Numbered from the whole stretch's first letter, positions 1 through 12,317 are shown. The stretch: DNA of 63,946 nt, filler included, from Stramenopiles sp. TOSAG23-6 (GCA_900128565.1; 33 parts of 33 records of this genome joined end to end with filler, not necessarily neighbours in it); one strand, 5' to 3'. Notes: generated by a model not told the origin, from the letters alone. Numbers and translations: made by a program.

Positions 1-40
<40 letters not shown>

Positions 41-96
41 GTTAGGTACAAAATTTTCTACAAAAAAAAATTGAAATTGAAATGATGAAAACAAAC

Positions 97-480
97 CTGT
101 CCAACAGCAAAACAAAACCATTCTTGGGGTTTCCATGTTATATTCTCATTATTATTCATTTCATTATGTATTTTTTCTTCTTTTTCTTCATTATGTAAAA
201 CATTTTGTATATTTGTTTTCAAATATTCATCTGTAGGGTTAGGGCTAGGGTTAGGGTTGTACTCACAAATTGGAAATTGACATTGTAATAATTCAGTTGA
301 GTTGAATGTTTCATCGTCGATTGAAATTGATGTTAAATCATTATCCTGATATATTCTACGTAATCTTCGATTAAGTTTATCTTGTTTAACAAAATAAACT
401 TTAGAAATTTTATGTATTTTGAAAAAATATTTTTTTTTTTTGTACAATTTGATTTTTTTGTTAGGTACAAAATTTCCTAC

Positions 481-523
<43 letters not shown>

Positions 524-2588
524 ATATACATAATACTATATTTGAAACAAAACATGTATACAAAAAACATTTTAAAAAATACACACTACAAAAAATGAAA
601 TAAATGATAAATTTCAAAAAAAAAACTTAAATTTGTTAGGTACAAAATTTCGTACGAAAACCAAAAAAAAAAAAAATAAAACATACATCAATTAATTGAA
701 TTTTTTCTGGATTATGCTCTCGATAAAAAAAAAGAAGTTTTTTTTTGAAATTAAACAAATTTAACGAAGTATTTGAAATTGAATTCTTCACTGCAAAATT
801 TTCAAATTGTTTTTCTGAATTTTCTGAATTTTCAAATTGTTTTTCTGAATTTTCTAAATTTTCTGATTTTACGAATTGTGCTTCTGAATTTTTTGAATTT
901 TCAGAATTTTCAGAATTTTCAAAATTTTTTTCATCATTTTCAAAATTTTCAAAATTTTTTCCATCATTTTTATAAAATTCATAATTTTTAGTAAACCCAA
1001 CCAATAGAACTTTTTTTATTGGAACAGGTAATTGAAAACGTTCTCCTATATGCCATGAATATAGTGCACTCCATTTTGTCTTTGTACCCGGTACCCAACA
1101 TGTCACTTCTCCAAAGTTATCAACTGATTGCAAAATAAATGTTTTTTTTTTTTTTTGGTTTTCGTAAAAATTTTTTTTTTTTTGGTTTTCGTAAAAAAAT
1201 TTTTTTTGTGAAAAATTACAAAAAACTGGAAGCCAACATAACGCATGTATTGTTTTTGTGTGATCAACATTAAAAGGCGTTGCAGTAAATATCCCAAATG
1301 TTTTGGGTGGACCGGGTACACCCTGAGAGAGTACACTTGACAAATTCGAAATTGATTTTTTTTTCGTAGAAAATTCCGTACCTAATTCCGTACCTAAACT
1401 ACGAAAAGTACATACACAATTACCTTGACTCAAAAACAGTGCAGTGACGTCATCACTACCATTTTTATTTTTCCATTTCGCTTGGATTTTTATTGTACGA
1501 TGATGATGTGGAGTTAGGGTTAGGGTTTCATTAGGGTTAGGGTTATAAATACTCGAAAATGCTAGAGACAATATCTTTGGAATTACCCAATGTATTTTCG
1601 TAACTCCTTTATTTGTATTTGTAGTAGGGTTAGGGTTACCTGAAAAAAAGTTTGGAAATGTAAATGAAATCATAATCAGAGCATTTTTTGTATCATTAGG
1701 GTTAGGGCTTTTTGTTGTATTTTTTGTATCATTAGGGTTAGGGCTTTTTGTAGTATTTTTTGTGTCCTGTACACAAAAAAAAGGCGAACAAACTAAATTA
1801 ACAAAAGATAAATATTGACTTTTTTTTTCATAATGGTTATAATCATTTAATTTTCCAGACACCCAAAATTGATTCATATAATATAAATTGTGAAAAAAAA
1901 AATTCTAAAAAAAAAAAAATGTTTAGGTACAAAATTTTGTATGAAATTTTTTTTTACGTACAATTAGGGTTAGGGTTAAAAAATAAATGAAATTCTTTTT
2001 ATAACATACATGGAGATTTCTTTGGCAAATCACGAAATATATGAATATCTGGTAAACTACCTAAAGTATACAATTGTGTATATACTTCAGATTTACCTGA
2101 TAATTGTCTGAACACCAAATATCGTGAAAAAATATTTTCAAAAAAAAAAAATGTTAGGTACAAAATTTACTACAAAAAAAAAAAAAAAAAAAAAATTGAT
2201 AAAACATTTTTGATACTTAAAATGTACAATTCAATTAATTCAATGGTGCCATTTGGTGTATAGTCTATTCGCAATAACCAAAACCTATTTACAACTGAAG
2301 TTAACATTGTTTTATTAAGTGGTTTATTAGGGTTAGGGTTATCAATAGACGCAGCACTAGGGTTAGGGTTATCAATAGACGCAGCACTAGGGTTAGGGTT
2401 TTGTGGAGGGGACACAAATTTTTTAAATGACATGGTGGCAAAAAACGATTTGGATAGTATGTTTTTAGATGTCTTATTACGCCGAATCATATGATCCCCT
2501 GCAATACATGTATAATAAGAAAATATTTGTAAACGTTTGAAATGAGTCAAGTACAAAATTTTCTAGAAAAAAAAATTGAAAAAAACAG

Positions 2589-2629
<41 letters not shown>

Positions 2630-2694
2630 GAAAAAATTTCAAAAAAAAAAATTTTTAAAAAAAATTTTTTAAAAAAAAAAAATAAAAAAAAAAA

Positions 2695-2734
<40 letters not shown>

Positions 2735-4019
2735 GTAAAAATTTCATACAAAAAAAAAATTGATATTGAAATGATGAAAAACATACATTGTACACTTGTG
2801 CATTCTGGAATTTTTATCCAAACCAATTTTTGTGAAGATAAAGTTTCATTTTGTAACATATCTTTTGAAAAAATATTTCAAAAAAAAATCGTTAGGTACA
2901 AAATTTCGTACGAAACCNAAAAAAAAANCATTNCGAATTTGAAAAAACATAAAACATACACATAATGCATCTTAAATGTTGTATTCATTTTATCTTCTAA
3001 CCAAAAATGACACGAAAAATCAACAGATACTGTATATAACAAATTTAATAAACCCATGTATTGTGAAAAAGAATCGATTTGTTTTTTGTAAAAAAAATGT
3101 TAGGTACGAAATTTTCAAAAAAAAAAAAAATATAAAAATTTTGTATGAAAATTTTGTATGAAAATTTTGTATGAAAATTTTGTATGAAAACATATATACA
3201 AGATGGTGATTCTGGGCGCCAAGCAAAATCAATGAGAGGAAGGACGTGATATAATAAACTTAAATCCCAATTACATGAAATGTTCCATACCATTATTTCG
3301 TGTTGTCCTCGAAATGTTGCGGCTAAAAAACGATTATCGGGAGAAAACGAGAAGGATGTGCCTGCACTGTGAAAAAAAAAAAAATCGTTAGGTATGAAAT
3401 TTCGTATGAAAAAAATATAAAAAAANAAAANAAAAAAAAAAAACGTTAGGTACGAAATTTCGTATGAAAAAAATTAAAAAAAAAAAAACATACACTCTCG
3501 TTCCACAGGGGTGGAGATTTTCTTTACACATGAAAAAGAACATTTGTTATCCACTTTTTCAAGCATATTTGAACGATTTCGTTCCCATATTGACAAATTT
3601 GATAAGGAGGCTGATGCTATAAATTGTCCAGATTTTGAAGAAGATAAAGCATATGATGAATAAATTGTATCGTCTGAAGATATAATCAAAGGTCCAATCC
3701 AGTGCACATTTGGATTCCAACTAGACACTGAATTTAATTCGTTATTGTCATTGGGAGAAGCTGTCCATTGACATAGATGTATTAATATGTTTCCTAGTGA
3801 TGCAGATAAGAAATTTCCGTTGGACTGCCAATGAACAGCTGATATATCATCTGAATGATCTAAAAACCGTGCTAGTGGATATGGTGAATCACCCACACAA
3901 TGGAAAACAGTAATAATGGATCCTTCCGCAGAAAGTGCAAGGTGCAAACCACGGACGTACATATAATCCCATAGAGCAGGCACACATTTATTGGTAGCGG
4001 GGATATGTGGGACTTCCAT
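97..4019 (-). CDS. Multi-exon WD40-repeat protein, 3' end off the contig (possibly Rav1/DMXL-like)
   Basis: WD-like segments (AVHWQSNGNFLSAS, FIASASLSNLSIWE, FSFSPDNRFLA) join in frame after removing family introns 3362-3493, 2117-2227 and 1883-2009; some exon boundaries are unresolved. Confidence 0.55.
484..521. repeat. (TA)n microsatellite
   Basis: Uninterrupted TA dinucleotide run. Confidence 0.95.
2117..2227 (-). other. Family intron, GT...TT
   Basis: GAA TT|GTACAT...TTTTCACGATATTT|G GTG restores an open frame (IELIEL-VFRQ); branch motif present. Confidence 0.6.
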
Positions 4020-4323
4020 GCCTAACAACCAATCAACTTATGAATAGCATCAAACTTCAATTTGATCTCAAGAGATGCATGCAAAACAACAAGAGTAGTA
4101 TTAAAGTTCGTGCAAATCAATCTAAATCTCCAAAAATCCTCAAAATCATTCAATTCAAATCCGTCAGTCATTTTAAACCCTAACCCTAGAAAAATCAAAT
4201 TCAAACTTCAAATTTCAAGAAATTTCAAATTTCAAATGCCAAAAAATGCAAACGGAAAAAAACAAGCGAAAACCAAACAAACAGAAAAAAATAAATCCTT
4301 AAAGATAGATTGGAAGAAGAAAT

Positions 4324-5193
4324 ATGTCAGAAAGTAAAAAAGAACAATTGAGCATTGCAAAAGTATATGCTGAGACTTTTGCAAAGAGTTCACTTGTTCA
4401 CGCTATCTCTATACCTTTTGTTCTCCGCAAGATGAACCTTCAACTTTCTCCATTTCTACACGAAGAATTTCGAAAGACCCAAGACCCTCTTTCTCCTTAT
4501 TTCAATGAATATTTCTACTCGAATCCTTTAAACTGGTTTCTCTACGATGTCGCTAAGATCCCTAATAGACTTATTTGCGATAAAGTTAAGGCTCCTATCA
4601 ATGATTTATGCAAAAGTATAATCTATCAAGAAAATAAATCGATACAAAAAAAGACAAAGGAGAAGACAACAACACCTTCCTTTGGCAAGAGGCTACTTTT
4701 CAAAGTAGTTTCAGAAACACTTGCTGCTACAAGCGCTCTCTTAATCACATATCCTATCGATACCATTCGACTTAGGAAAGCGGTAGGAAGCGAAGATTTT
4801 TCTAAACTTTATTCTGGTTTCGGAACTGGAATTGTTAGATTGGCTTCATATCGTTTAGCTCATGTTTTGTTGTATGAGACTGTTATTCTTCGAATGAAAA
4901 CAAAAAGTAATATTCAAAAAAAAATTAGTTTTGTTATCCTTATGGCACTTTCTACATTATTCGCGTATCCATTGGACACTATTGTCCAAGCACAACGGCT
5001 ACATCCAGACGTTGACATTAGCAAAATTGTTAATGAAAAAGGTCTGGGTACACTCTATGGTGGCTGGGCTTGGGCATTGATACCAAAACTCACAGGAACT
5101 CTAACTCTTGTGGTGTATAATCAATTGAAGGTAGCTTATATAGACTGGATGTATGGTAGTGGTGAAGAGGAAAAAAAAGAAAAAGTGGAGTGA
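4324..5193 (+). CDS. Divergent mitochondrial carrier (SLC25) protein
   Basis: Two PX[DE]XX[KR]-type motifs (YPIDTIRLR, YPLDTIVQ) followed by LYSGFG and LYGGW segments; intronless. Confidence 0.8.
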   Translation: MSESKKEQLSIAKVYAETFAKSSLVHAISIPFVLRKMNLQLSPFLHEEFRKTQDPLSPYFNEYFYSNPLNWFLYDVAKIPNRLICDKVKAPINDLCKSIIYQENKSIQKKTKEKTTTPSFGKRLLFKVVSETLAATSALLITYPIDTIRLRKAVGSEDFSKLYSGFGTGIVRLASYRLAHVLLYETVILRMKTKSNIQKKISFVILMALSTLFAYPLDTIVQAQRLHPDVDISKIVNEKGLGTLYGGWAWALIPKLTGTLTLVVYNQLKVAYIDWMYGSGEEEKKEKVE

Positions 5194-5327
5194 AAAAGAC
5201 AAACAAAAACAAATAAATTTGCTATATAAAAAGAAAATTTTATTGTATTATAATTTATTTTGTCTTTTTTTTTTTTTTACATTTTTTTTCGGATGCTTTA
5301 TTTCAAAAACGTTGTGTAAAACATGTT

Positions 5328-7715
5328 TTAACGAATTCGTCTTAATTGCATAAGAAGCCCTCCTGATCTCTGTGCATTCTCATCCCCTTCGCCCAAACAG
5401 GAAATTATTTCAAAAGACTCTAAAACATTTCTTGCTCGACGTCTCCAACGCTCAGAAATAGAATCAGATGCGACTGTATCATCATATTTTTGAATAGCCT
5501 TATTTAATATCTTTTTATGTGCAGATCGATATGCATCGTCAGCTGCTTCTTCATCATCTTCATCATAATTCATTTTTAGGAGTTCATTTTCAATATCAGA
5601 ATTCTCTCTATAACCAGGATCAGGCTCCATAAAGCTACGGCCATCACCAAATGGATAAAACTCTGAACCAAAGTCATGTATATCTGAAAATTCCTTGCCT
5701 GTAATTTCCATTGTTTCACTAGTTATCGGGAAGAATAGTGAACGCAAACGGAAAGTGTTATCAAATTCACCATCAGTTTTAAACTCCAAGTCAACCATAT
5801 CAAATTTATTACACTTTTTTGGATTTACTTTCGAGTGACGCAAAAAATCTTGTTTTAAAAGCAACTTTGTTGTTTTTAAAACTAATTTTTCAAGTTCTTT
5901 TTTTAAAGCAGGGTCATTTCCAATTACTTCTAAACCTTCTACTAATATCCACAAGGCATCTTCCTGTCTATTTCTATACTGATCAAAAATTTGACTCCGA
6001 AGTATGTAAGCATCACTTGAAAAAGGGTCAATGCGAAGAGCATTATCAGCAAAGTCTTCAGCATTCATGACATCCCAAGTAGCTTCCTCAGTATCTTCAA
6101 TTTCAACTTTACTAAAGTAATCTGTAGCACATCTAGACATATGAAAAATATCTAATCGCCTTCGAGCAATGTCTACCTTATTTCTTGGAACAGATGCTAA
6201 AGTATTTCTTGCTTTAAATAAGTGGTAATCAACTTCAAATGGGTTTAACTTAATTGCTTCACAAAGTTTCGAATGAGCTTCTTCGTAAAGCTTAGACTTA
6301 GACAAATCTTTAGATTCAACATAAAGTGCATGTGCTCTATCCTTACAATCTTTACTTATATTTGCTGCGTCTTTCAGTGATTTTTGTTTTGTATCAGTTG
6401 CACCCTTGCGTCGTTTTGCTTTTCGAGTAATATTCATTCTTGAAATTTTTTTACTCAGTTCTCTTCTTTCACCACCTACTCTTTTACATTCATCAACATT
6501 TTCTTCTCTCAAAACCTTCAAAATCTCAGGATCAACCAATCCACTTATAATACGATGGTGGCCAAATTGTGCACAGCATCCTGGGCCACCATTACCAAAT
6601 TCTATAGCATATGGCAGTCTTACATGTGTTACATCAGTTAGACGTGTATACTCACCAAATGAATCAAGTCTATCCTGATATTCAAGTGATATTGAATGCA
6701 AGACATCTTGAAGTTCACAAACACTCTTGTTTTCATTCATATAATAGATAGGCAAATCGATTAATGGAAATAATTGGTTATTAATTATTCCCAAAATGCA
6801 GTCTTTACAAGACTCAGTATCCGGTAAACGTTGAATTTGCTTAAAAACTTTCACTAATAATTTTGCAAATTTCATCTGACTTGCCTGAGATAAATATTGA
6901 AAACTAATATCTTCTACAACAGATATTGCTTCGACTAGTTTTGCTTGAATTGGCAATTTCAAGCTTGAACATTCGAAAAAGTCTAACAATATGTAAAGAT
7001 CAAGAAAGGAATTGATACATTTAAAATGTTTTTGTAACTCACCATTATTTAGATTTTGGTCCGGTATATCAAAAGGACCTGGTGGTCTTTTTGGGTTGTG
7101 TACTACTGGTTCCGGAAGAAAATTTGGTTTTGCTGGTGGACTTAATGGTTTGTCTCTTGCTGGTGGTCTTAATTTGTCAGTACATACAAAATTAAGGAAC
7201 GATTCAAAAGCAGAAGATGGAATATTGTTTGGTAACTTCAATGTCAAAATAGGTAACCCATCATCTTCAGATACAGGAAGTGGCTTGAATTTTTGAATAT
7301 TCTGAAATCGACGACGGAAATACAAACTTCTCGTTGCAAGAAGACAACGTTGGGTGCGAAATTCTTTTGTTATTTTTTGTTTCTTGTGGGAATCTCCGAC
7401 GGAATCCTTTTTTTCCCCTACAATTTGAATAATTATATCATTAAGAAAGTCTAAGTGTCCTTCTTTCAAAGCTTCTGCAATATCGTCTGAAAGTAACCCG
7501 TTGCCAACACGGGTATTTTCAGGAAGTCTGAATCGACTTTCCACAACATCTGTCTTTATCTGGAAAGAAAACGCAAATTTTTTATCTGACAACTCTTCAA
7601 TGATACAGCTGTCTGGATCTCCAACTTCATCAATCATATACTCTAAAGCATCTCTTGAGCGTGCACTGGCAATAATAAACTCATCATTAGGCCATCTTAC
7701 AGCATAAACTTGCAT
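5328..7715 (-). CDS. BTB/POZ- and TPR-containing protein
   Basis: LLATRSLYFRRRF...AFESFLNFVCTD is BTB-like; AIKLNPFE and ALRIDPFSSDAYILRS are TPR-like; start placed at the second Met. Confidence 0.65.
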   Translation of the reverse strand: MQVYAVRWPNDEFIIASARSRDALEYMIDEVGDPDSCIIEELSDKKFAFSFQIKTDVVESRFRLPENTRVGNGLLSDDIAEALKEGHLDFLNDIIIQIVGEKKDSVGDSHKKQKITKEFRTQRCLLATRSLYFRRRFQNIQKFKPLPVSEDDGLPILTLKLPNNIPSSAFESFLNFVCTDKLRPPARDKPLSPPAKPNFLPEPVVHNPKRPPGPFDIPDQNLNNGELQKHFKCINSFLDLYILLDFFECSSLKLPIQAKLVEAISVVEDISFQYLSQASQMKFAKLLVKVFKQIQRLPDTESCKDCILGIINNQLFPLIDLPIYYMNENKSVCELQDVLHSISLEYQDRLDSFGEYTRLTDVTHVRLPYAIEFGNGGPGCCAQFGHHRIISGLVDPEILKVLREENVDECKRVGGERRELSKKISRMNITRKAKRRKGATDTKQKSLKDAANISKDCKDRAHALYVESKDLSKSKLYEEAHSKLCEAIKLNPFEVDYHLFKARNTLASVPRNKVDIARRRLDIFHMSRCATDYFSKVEIEDTEEATWDVMNAEDFADNALRIDPFSSDAYILRSQIFDQYRNRQEDALWILVEGLEVIGNDPALKKELEKLVLKTTKLLLKQDFLRHSKVNPKKCNKFDMVDLEFKTDGEFDNTFRLRSLFFPITSETMEITGKEFSDIHDFGSEFYPFGDGRSFMEPDPGYRENSDIENELLKMNYDEDDEEAADDAYRSAHKKILNKAIQKYDDTVASDSISERWRRRARNVLESFEIISCLGEGDENAQRSGGLLMQLRRIR

Positions 7716-7988
7716 CTTACGGTATAGACTTGTCTGAGTCGTGATGAAGAGTTTGTTGTTGTTTTCGCGAAAAAATCCGCGGTTTGGCCGTTTGTGTGTT
7801 TTGGCCGAAATCAAATCAATCAAATCAAAGTGGTCAAAGAAAGCTACAGAGGATAAAATAAATACTAAATATTGTACTATTTTTGTCATGTTGAGGTCTA
7901 GTTAGTTGATATCAACATCTTCACAAATTGCTGACAATTCATTACGCATTTAGTTTAGTTTTTGTATAATTTTTACCCGTAAACGTAT

Positions 7989-9277
7989 ATGAAATATGTT
8001 ACTGAAGCGTCGTCTCCATCCGTTGGAGGATTAGTTGTGTTGAGTGCAATTTCTCAATCTATTCGAACGTTTCTTGGCCCATGTGACTCCATAAAATGTG
8101 TTCCTGTTTCTAGTGATATACCTGAATTTGTTTGTGACCCTCTCAGTGTGATTGACAGTTTTGATTTGAAGAACCCAGTGGCAACATTGCTTCGTGACGC
8201 TTGCTTCGGTCTTTATAATCATGAAGGTTTAGGAGTCACGACATTTGTAACACTGGTGGGTTTATTGAGTGATGAGGCTATGCGGCTGTTACACAGTGGT
8301 ACATCAAAGGAACATATTTGTACAATATTTAAATCTGCCGCCGTTATCTGCAATGACGTTTGTCATCGTTCAAAAATACCCTTGGACCATTTGTTCCCAA
8401 ACAAATCTAGTTCTACACGAAATCACGTTACACTTGAAGACGATTATGATATTATTGACGATACATCATGGTTCTTTGAAGAATGTAGTAGTAGCAGTAG
8501 TGAAGAAGAAGATAAGAAAGCATCTTCTACTAATGAACAATGTATAATAAATACTATTGGTCGTTCTTTGCAACATACAATCTCCCCAAATAACTCAAAT
8601 AACTCAAATACATTAAATAACCCTAACCCTAGTACCTCAAAAACAGTAAAAACAATAAAAACAATAAAAACAGTAAACACTAAAAATACATCAAACATTA
8701 AAAATATGGAATTAGACGTTGCCATGACTCTAGCAGTCGAGGCGACACGTATTTTACTCAATATAACAAAGACAAGTACTATTGGAGATATTATGGATGT
8801 TTTATTTTTTTTCAATTTTTTATCTATATTTTTTTTTTTCGTACGAAATTTTGTACCTAACAAAAAAAAAGTTTTTTTTTTTGAAATATTTTTTCAAAAT
8901 ATATTGGTCATGATATAAATTGTAAACGAATTAGGGTTAGGAAAATAATTGGCTCTTCGTCTGTTGGACTGAATAAGGTAGGGTTAGGGTTAGGATCTTC
9001 AGTTCATGCTGAAATATTATTACCAATACATCCAACAATGTATGTTTTTTTTTTATTTTTAAATTCGAATTTAGTTTTGTTTTTCGTACGAAATTTTGTA
9101 CCTAACAAATTTTCAAATTATTTTTTTTGAAATATTTTTCTAAAATACATATCAAATACTATTAAACTTGGATTATCAAAGGCAAATACGAATGCTTTAT
9201 ACACTATTGTAGTGAATGGTGAATGTTTGTATGATAAAGGAATCCGAAGTGGTGCAGGAATATATGCAAATGAAAAT
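7989..9277 (+). CDS. Chaperonin-like protein (BBS12/CCT-like), 5' part
   Basis: IRTFLGP and NPVATLLRDAC...GLGVTTFVTL match the group II chaperonin N-terminus with a degenerate GDGTT; continues across introns at about 8795-8904 and 9040-9150. Confidence 0.65.
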
Positions 9278-9279
9278 GT

Positions 9280-9334
<55 letters not shown>

Positions 9335-9335
9335 G

Positions 9336-9370
<35 letters not shown>

Positions 9371-9386
9371 GTGATGAAAAACAAAA

Positions 9387-9487
9387 NNNNNNNNNNNNNN
9401 NNNNNNNNNNNNNNNNNNNNNNNNNNNNNNTTAATTAATTAANNNNNNNNNNNNNNNNNNNNNNNNNNNNNNNNNNNNNNNNNNNNA
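9387..9487. other. Artificial contig spacer N-TTAATTAATTAA-N (first of 32)
   Basis: The same six-frame-stop 12-mer sits inside N padding at 9431, 18908, 20369 and onward to 62542; flanking sequences are unrelated. Confidence 0.98.
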
Positions 9488-9542
9488 TTTTGTACCTAAC
9501 AAATTTAAGTTTTTTTTTTTGAAATATTTTTCCAAAATACAT

Positions 9543-12317
9543 CTGAAGCTTCTTCATGGAGTGGACAAGAGGCTGTGATGGAATCGATTAGTGCTCTTGA
9601 AGTGAAAATGTACGTTGTTTCATCATACATTTCAATTTTATTTTTATTCATACGAAATTTTATTCCTAACATAAAAAAAATCGAATTTGACATATTGTCC
9701 CAAAATACATTGTCGATGAAAAGCAATCGGCAGAAAATTCTAACAGGAATATATATATGGATATTATTCCAGAGGAAAGTGAATTGGTATCAATAAAACC
9801 TGCCAAAATCGCAAAAGTTATAGATTTCAATCTGGAAGATGGTTATGTACGTTTTCATTCTGAATTTCATTTTTTTTTGATACAAAATTTTGTACCTAAT
9901 GAATTTTTTTTGGATGTTTGTTTTCATGATGAATTTCATTTTTTTTTTTTCAAAACATTCCATACCTAACAATGTTTCTTCTTATTATTATTTTTTTCAC
10001 AAGACATGGTGGTCCGGGTGTAAATACAGACATTTTCGAAGCAATTGTCCCCGCTGCTGCCGCTGATGCAGCTGAGGAATATCACGCAAAACTTACAATT
10101 TTACTAGCAGAAAGCAGAGGTGAAGCAAATCTTCAGAGTGATCTTGCTAGAGCTCAACTTGCTTCTCTTGGTCTCCCTGCTGCAATTGAGGCTTCAAGTA
10201 CCTCCCCTGGATTACCCACAAAGACTTGGGAAAGTGTTTTTGCCTTACAATCAAAAGGCGGCCCACAAAATCTACTCCAGCAACTCAATAATGGTACGAA
10301 AAAACGTCAAAATGTCATTGGAATGCTTGACCAGGTTGATAAACTACTCGATATCGAAGCAAAGGAGGATGAATGTGCTCGTAATGAGCATGGGAAGTTA
10401 TGGCAACGTGAAAATTCATCACAAATTTCTACTCAGTATAAAGTTCAAATACAGAAGTATCGCAAATCAATAATCAAAGCAGCTTCCTCAGATGATATCA
10501 TTGCATCGAAGCTACGTCATGCAGATAGTGGTGGCGAAGGTGAAGGTTGGATGCAAATTATGTATAATAAATCTAAATTAGATTCTCTTCTACCAGGTAG
10601 TCTCGACGCAGACCAGAACTCATTTGCTGAGAAGCAAGCTCTTCAGAAGAGTTTGATTGAACTAGGCAATTTATTAAATTCTCGTGATGATTTACTTGAA
10701 AAAATGGAATCAATGGGAAAGAAAGAAGCTGCAAATATTGTCGTTACTCTTACGCGAGATAAAGAAGGTGTACGAGAGGATGGTACTGGCAAATTTAATA
10801 TTGCAGATAAAGAAGGTTTAATTATAAGGGAATTATCAAAATTTGATGAAATTTTGAAACAGATCAAAGATTCTTGTACAAGCCAAATTTCTCTTCTTTC
10901 TCAGATTTCAGAATCGAATGAACGATTTTTAAAAGCCCGTACCGCAACTGAATCAACTATACAAAGACAACGTGTTTTACAAAGTATTCAACAAGCATTG
11001 GTGTTATTTGCTGAAATAGAGGGAAACCTAAAAGAAGGAAATACATTCTACACTAACTTAGTTAACTCGACAACACAATTGCTTTCCTCTGTGTCGGATT
11101 TTTGTTCAACTCGTACATCCGAAATGAATCATTTGATTGATCAAATTGCTGAAAAGAAGAAATCAGATGCCGCTGCCTTTTACTCTGCAAAAGCTGAACA
11201 TGACAGAATGATGAAAGCTGAAGAACAAAAGCAACAACAAAAACAACAATTATCTAATACTTCACATGTGATTCAAAATCCCAGAAATCCGAGAGAAGCG
11301 TATGCAACTTTATGTAGCCCACCACCACCACCGGTGAATCAGCATAATTTTCAGAGTGGACGAGGTACATATGTGGGTCAAACTCAGTACAACAATGGTG
11401 TGTTGCCTATGAATGTTCCAGCTGCATCGGCTCCAAGAGCACCGGCTCCCAGATATAGTCATAGTCAAAATCCATCAATTGCCCCTAGCAATGTAGCAAG
11501 CCCTGCTCGACAACCTCCACCCAGTTATAATACCGTGAAACCTTTGCCTCAACAGCGTATAGCCAACAATACTCCACCTGCACCTCAATACCATGAATTT
11601 CGTCAATCGCCAACTGTTGGTCAAGCATATCAGCCCCATGTGCCTACGTCTGCTAGCAATATAGCAAGCCCTGCTCGACAACCTCCACCCAGTTATAATG
11701 CCGTGAAACCTTTGCCTCAACCGCGTACAGCCAATAATACCCCCCCTGCACCTCAATACCATGAATTTAATCAATCGCCACGTATTCGCCAGGCAACACA
11801 CACACCTTCTGGGCCTACAACACAACACCAAAATAGGCCACCTCCTGTATATCGCCCTGTAGCACCTACTGGGTTGCCAACTTATGCAGAAGCTCGACCT
11901 GTTCCAAAATCAAAACCAACATATTCTCTACATCAACCTGTAGTGAATGCCCATGCTGTTGGCACACCACTGCCTAATCATTCTTTACATCAACCTGTAG
12001 TGAGCGCCCATGCTGTTGGCACACCACCGCCTAATCAGACGAGTGTGTCAGCTCGCGTGTCTGCTGTACCTGCATATCAGACAGTAATAGCAAAACCCTT
12101 AACTAATACTGCCTCACCTGGTTATACTGCTTCAAACGTTCAATCAAATGTCGTCGTACATGCAAAGCCTATTGATGCTCCTGTACCTTCACAGTATTCT
12201 AGTCAGCTTCAATCCTTGAAACAAATGGGATTTACGAATGATACAGCTAATTGTAGAGCATTAGAGAAAGCAAAAGGAAATGTAGATGAAGCAATCGAGA
12301 TTCTTTTATCTGGTTGA
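9543..12317 (+). CDS. ALIX/Bro1-family protein (end of Bro1 domain, V domain, Pro-rich region, C-terminal UBA)
   Basis: Spliced AENSNRNIYMDIIP...DIFEAIVP, LASLGLPAAIEA, NLKEGNTFYTNL and UBA LKQMGFTNDTANCRALEKAKGNVDEAIE. Confidence 0.9.
9610..9710 (+). other. Family intron, GT...AT
   Basis: AAA AT|GTACGT...CCCAAAATACAT|T GTC restores EVKI-VDEK and the Bro1 NxxIY motif. Confidence 0.85.
9847..10007 (+). other. Family intron, GT...AT, with doubled internal modules
   Basis: GGT TAT|GTACGT...TTCACAAGACAT|GGT GGT is in frame; the AG 4 nt upstream is out of frame. Confidence 0.8.

Noticed and set aside
3130-3190. Tandem AAAATTTTGTATG repeats as a separate satellite
   Set aside because: They match part of the intron family motif and lie within a family intron; local slippage explains them
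9118-9442. Short poly-Phe, poly-Lys and other small ORFs in the ORF track
   Set aside because: They are translations of intronic T/A tracts or antisense shadows of real genes
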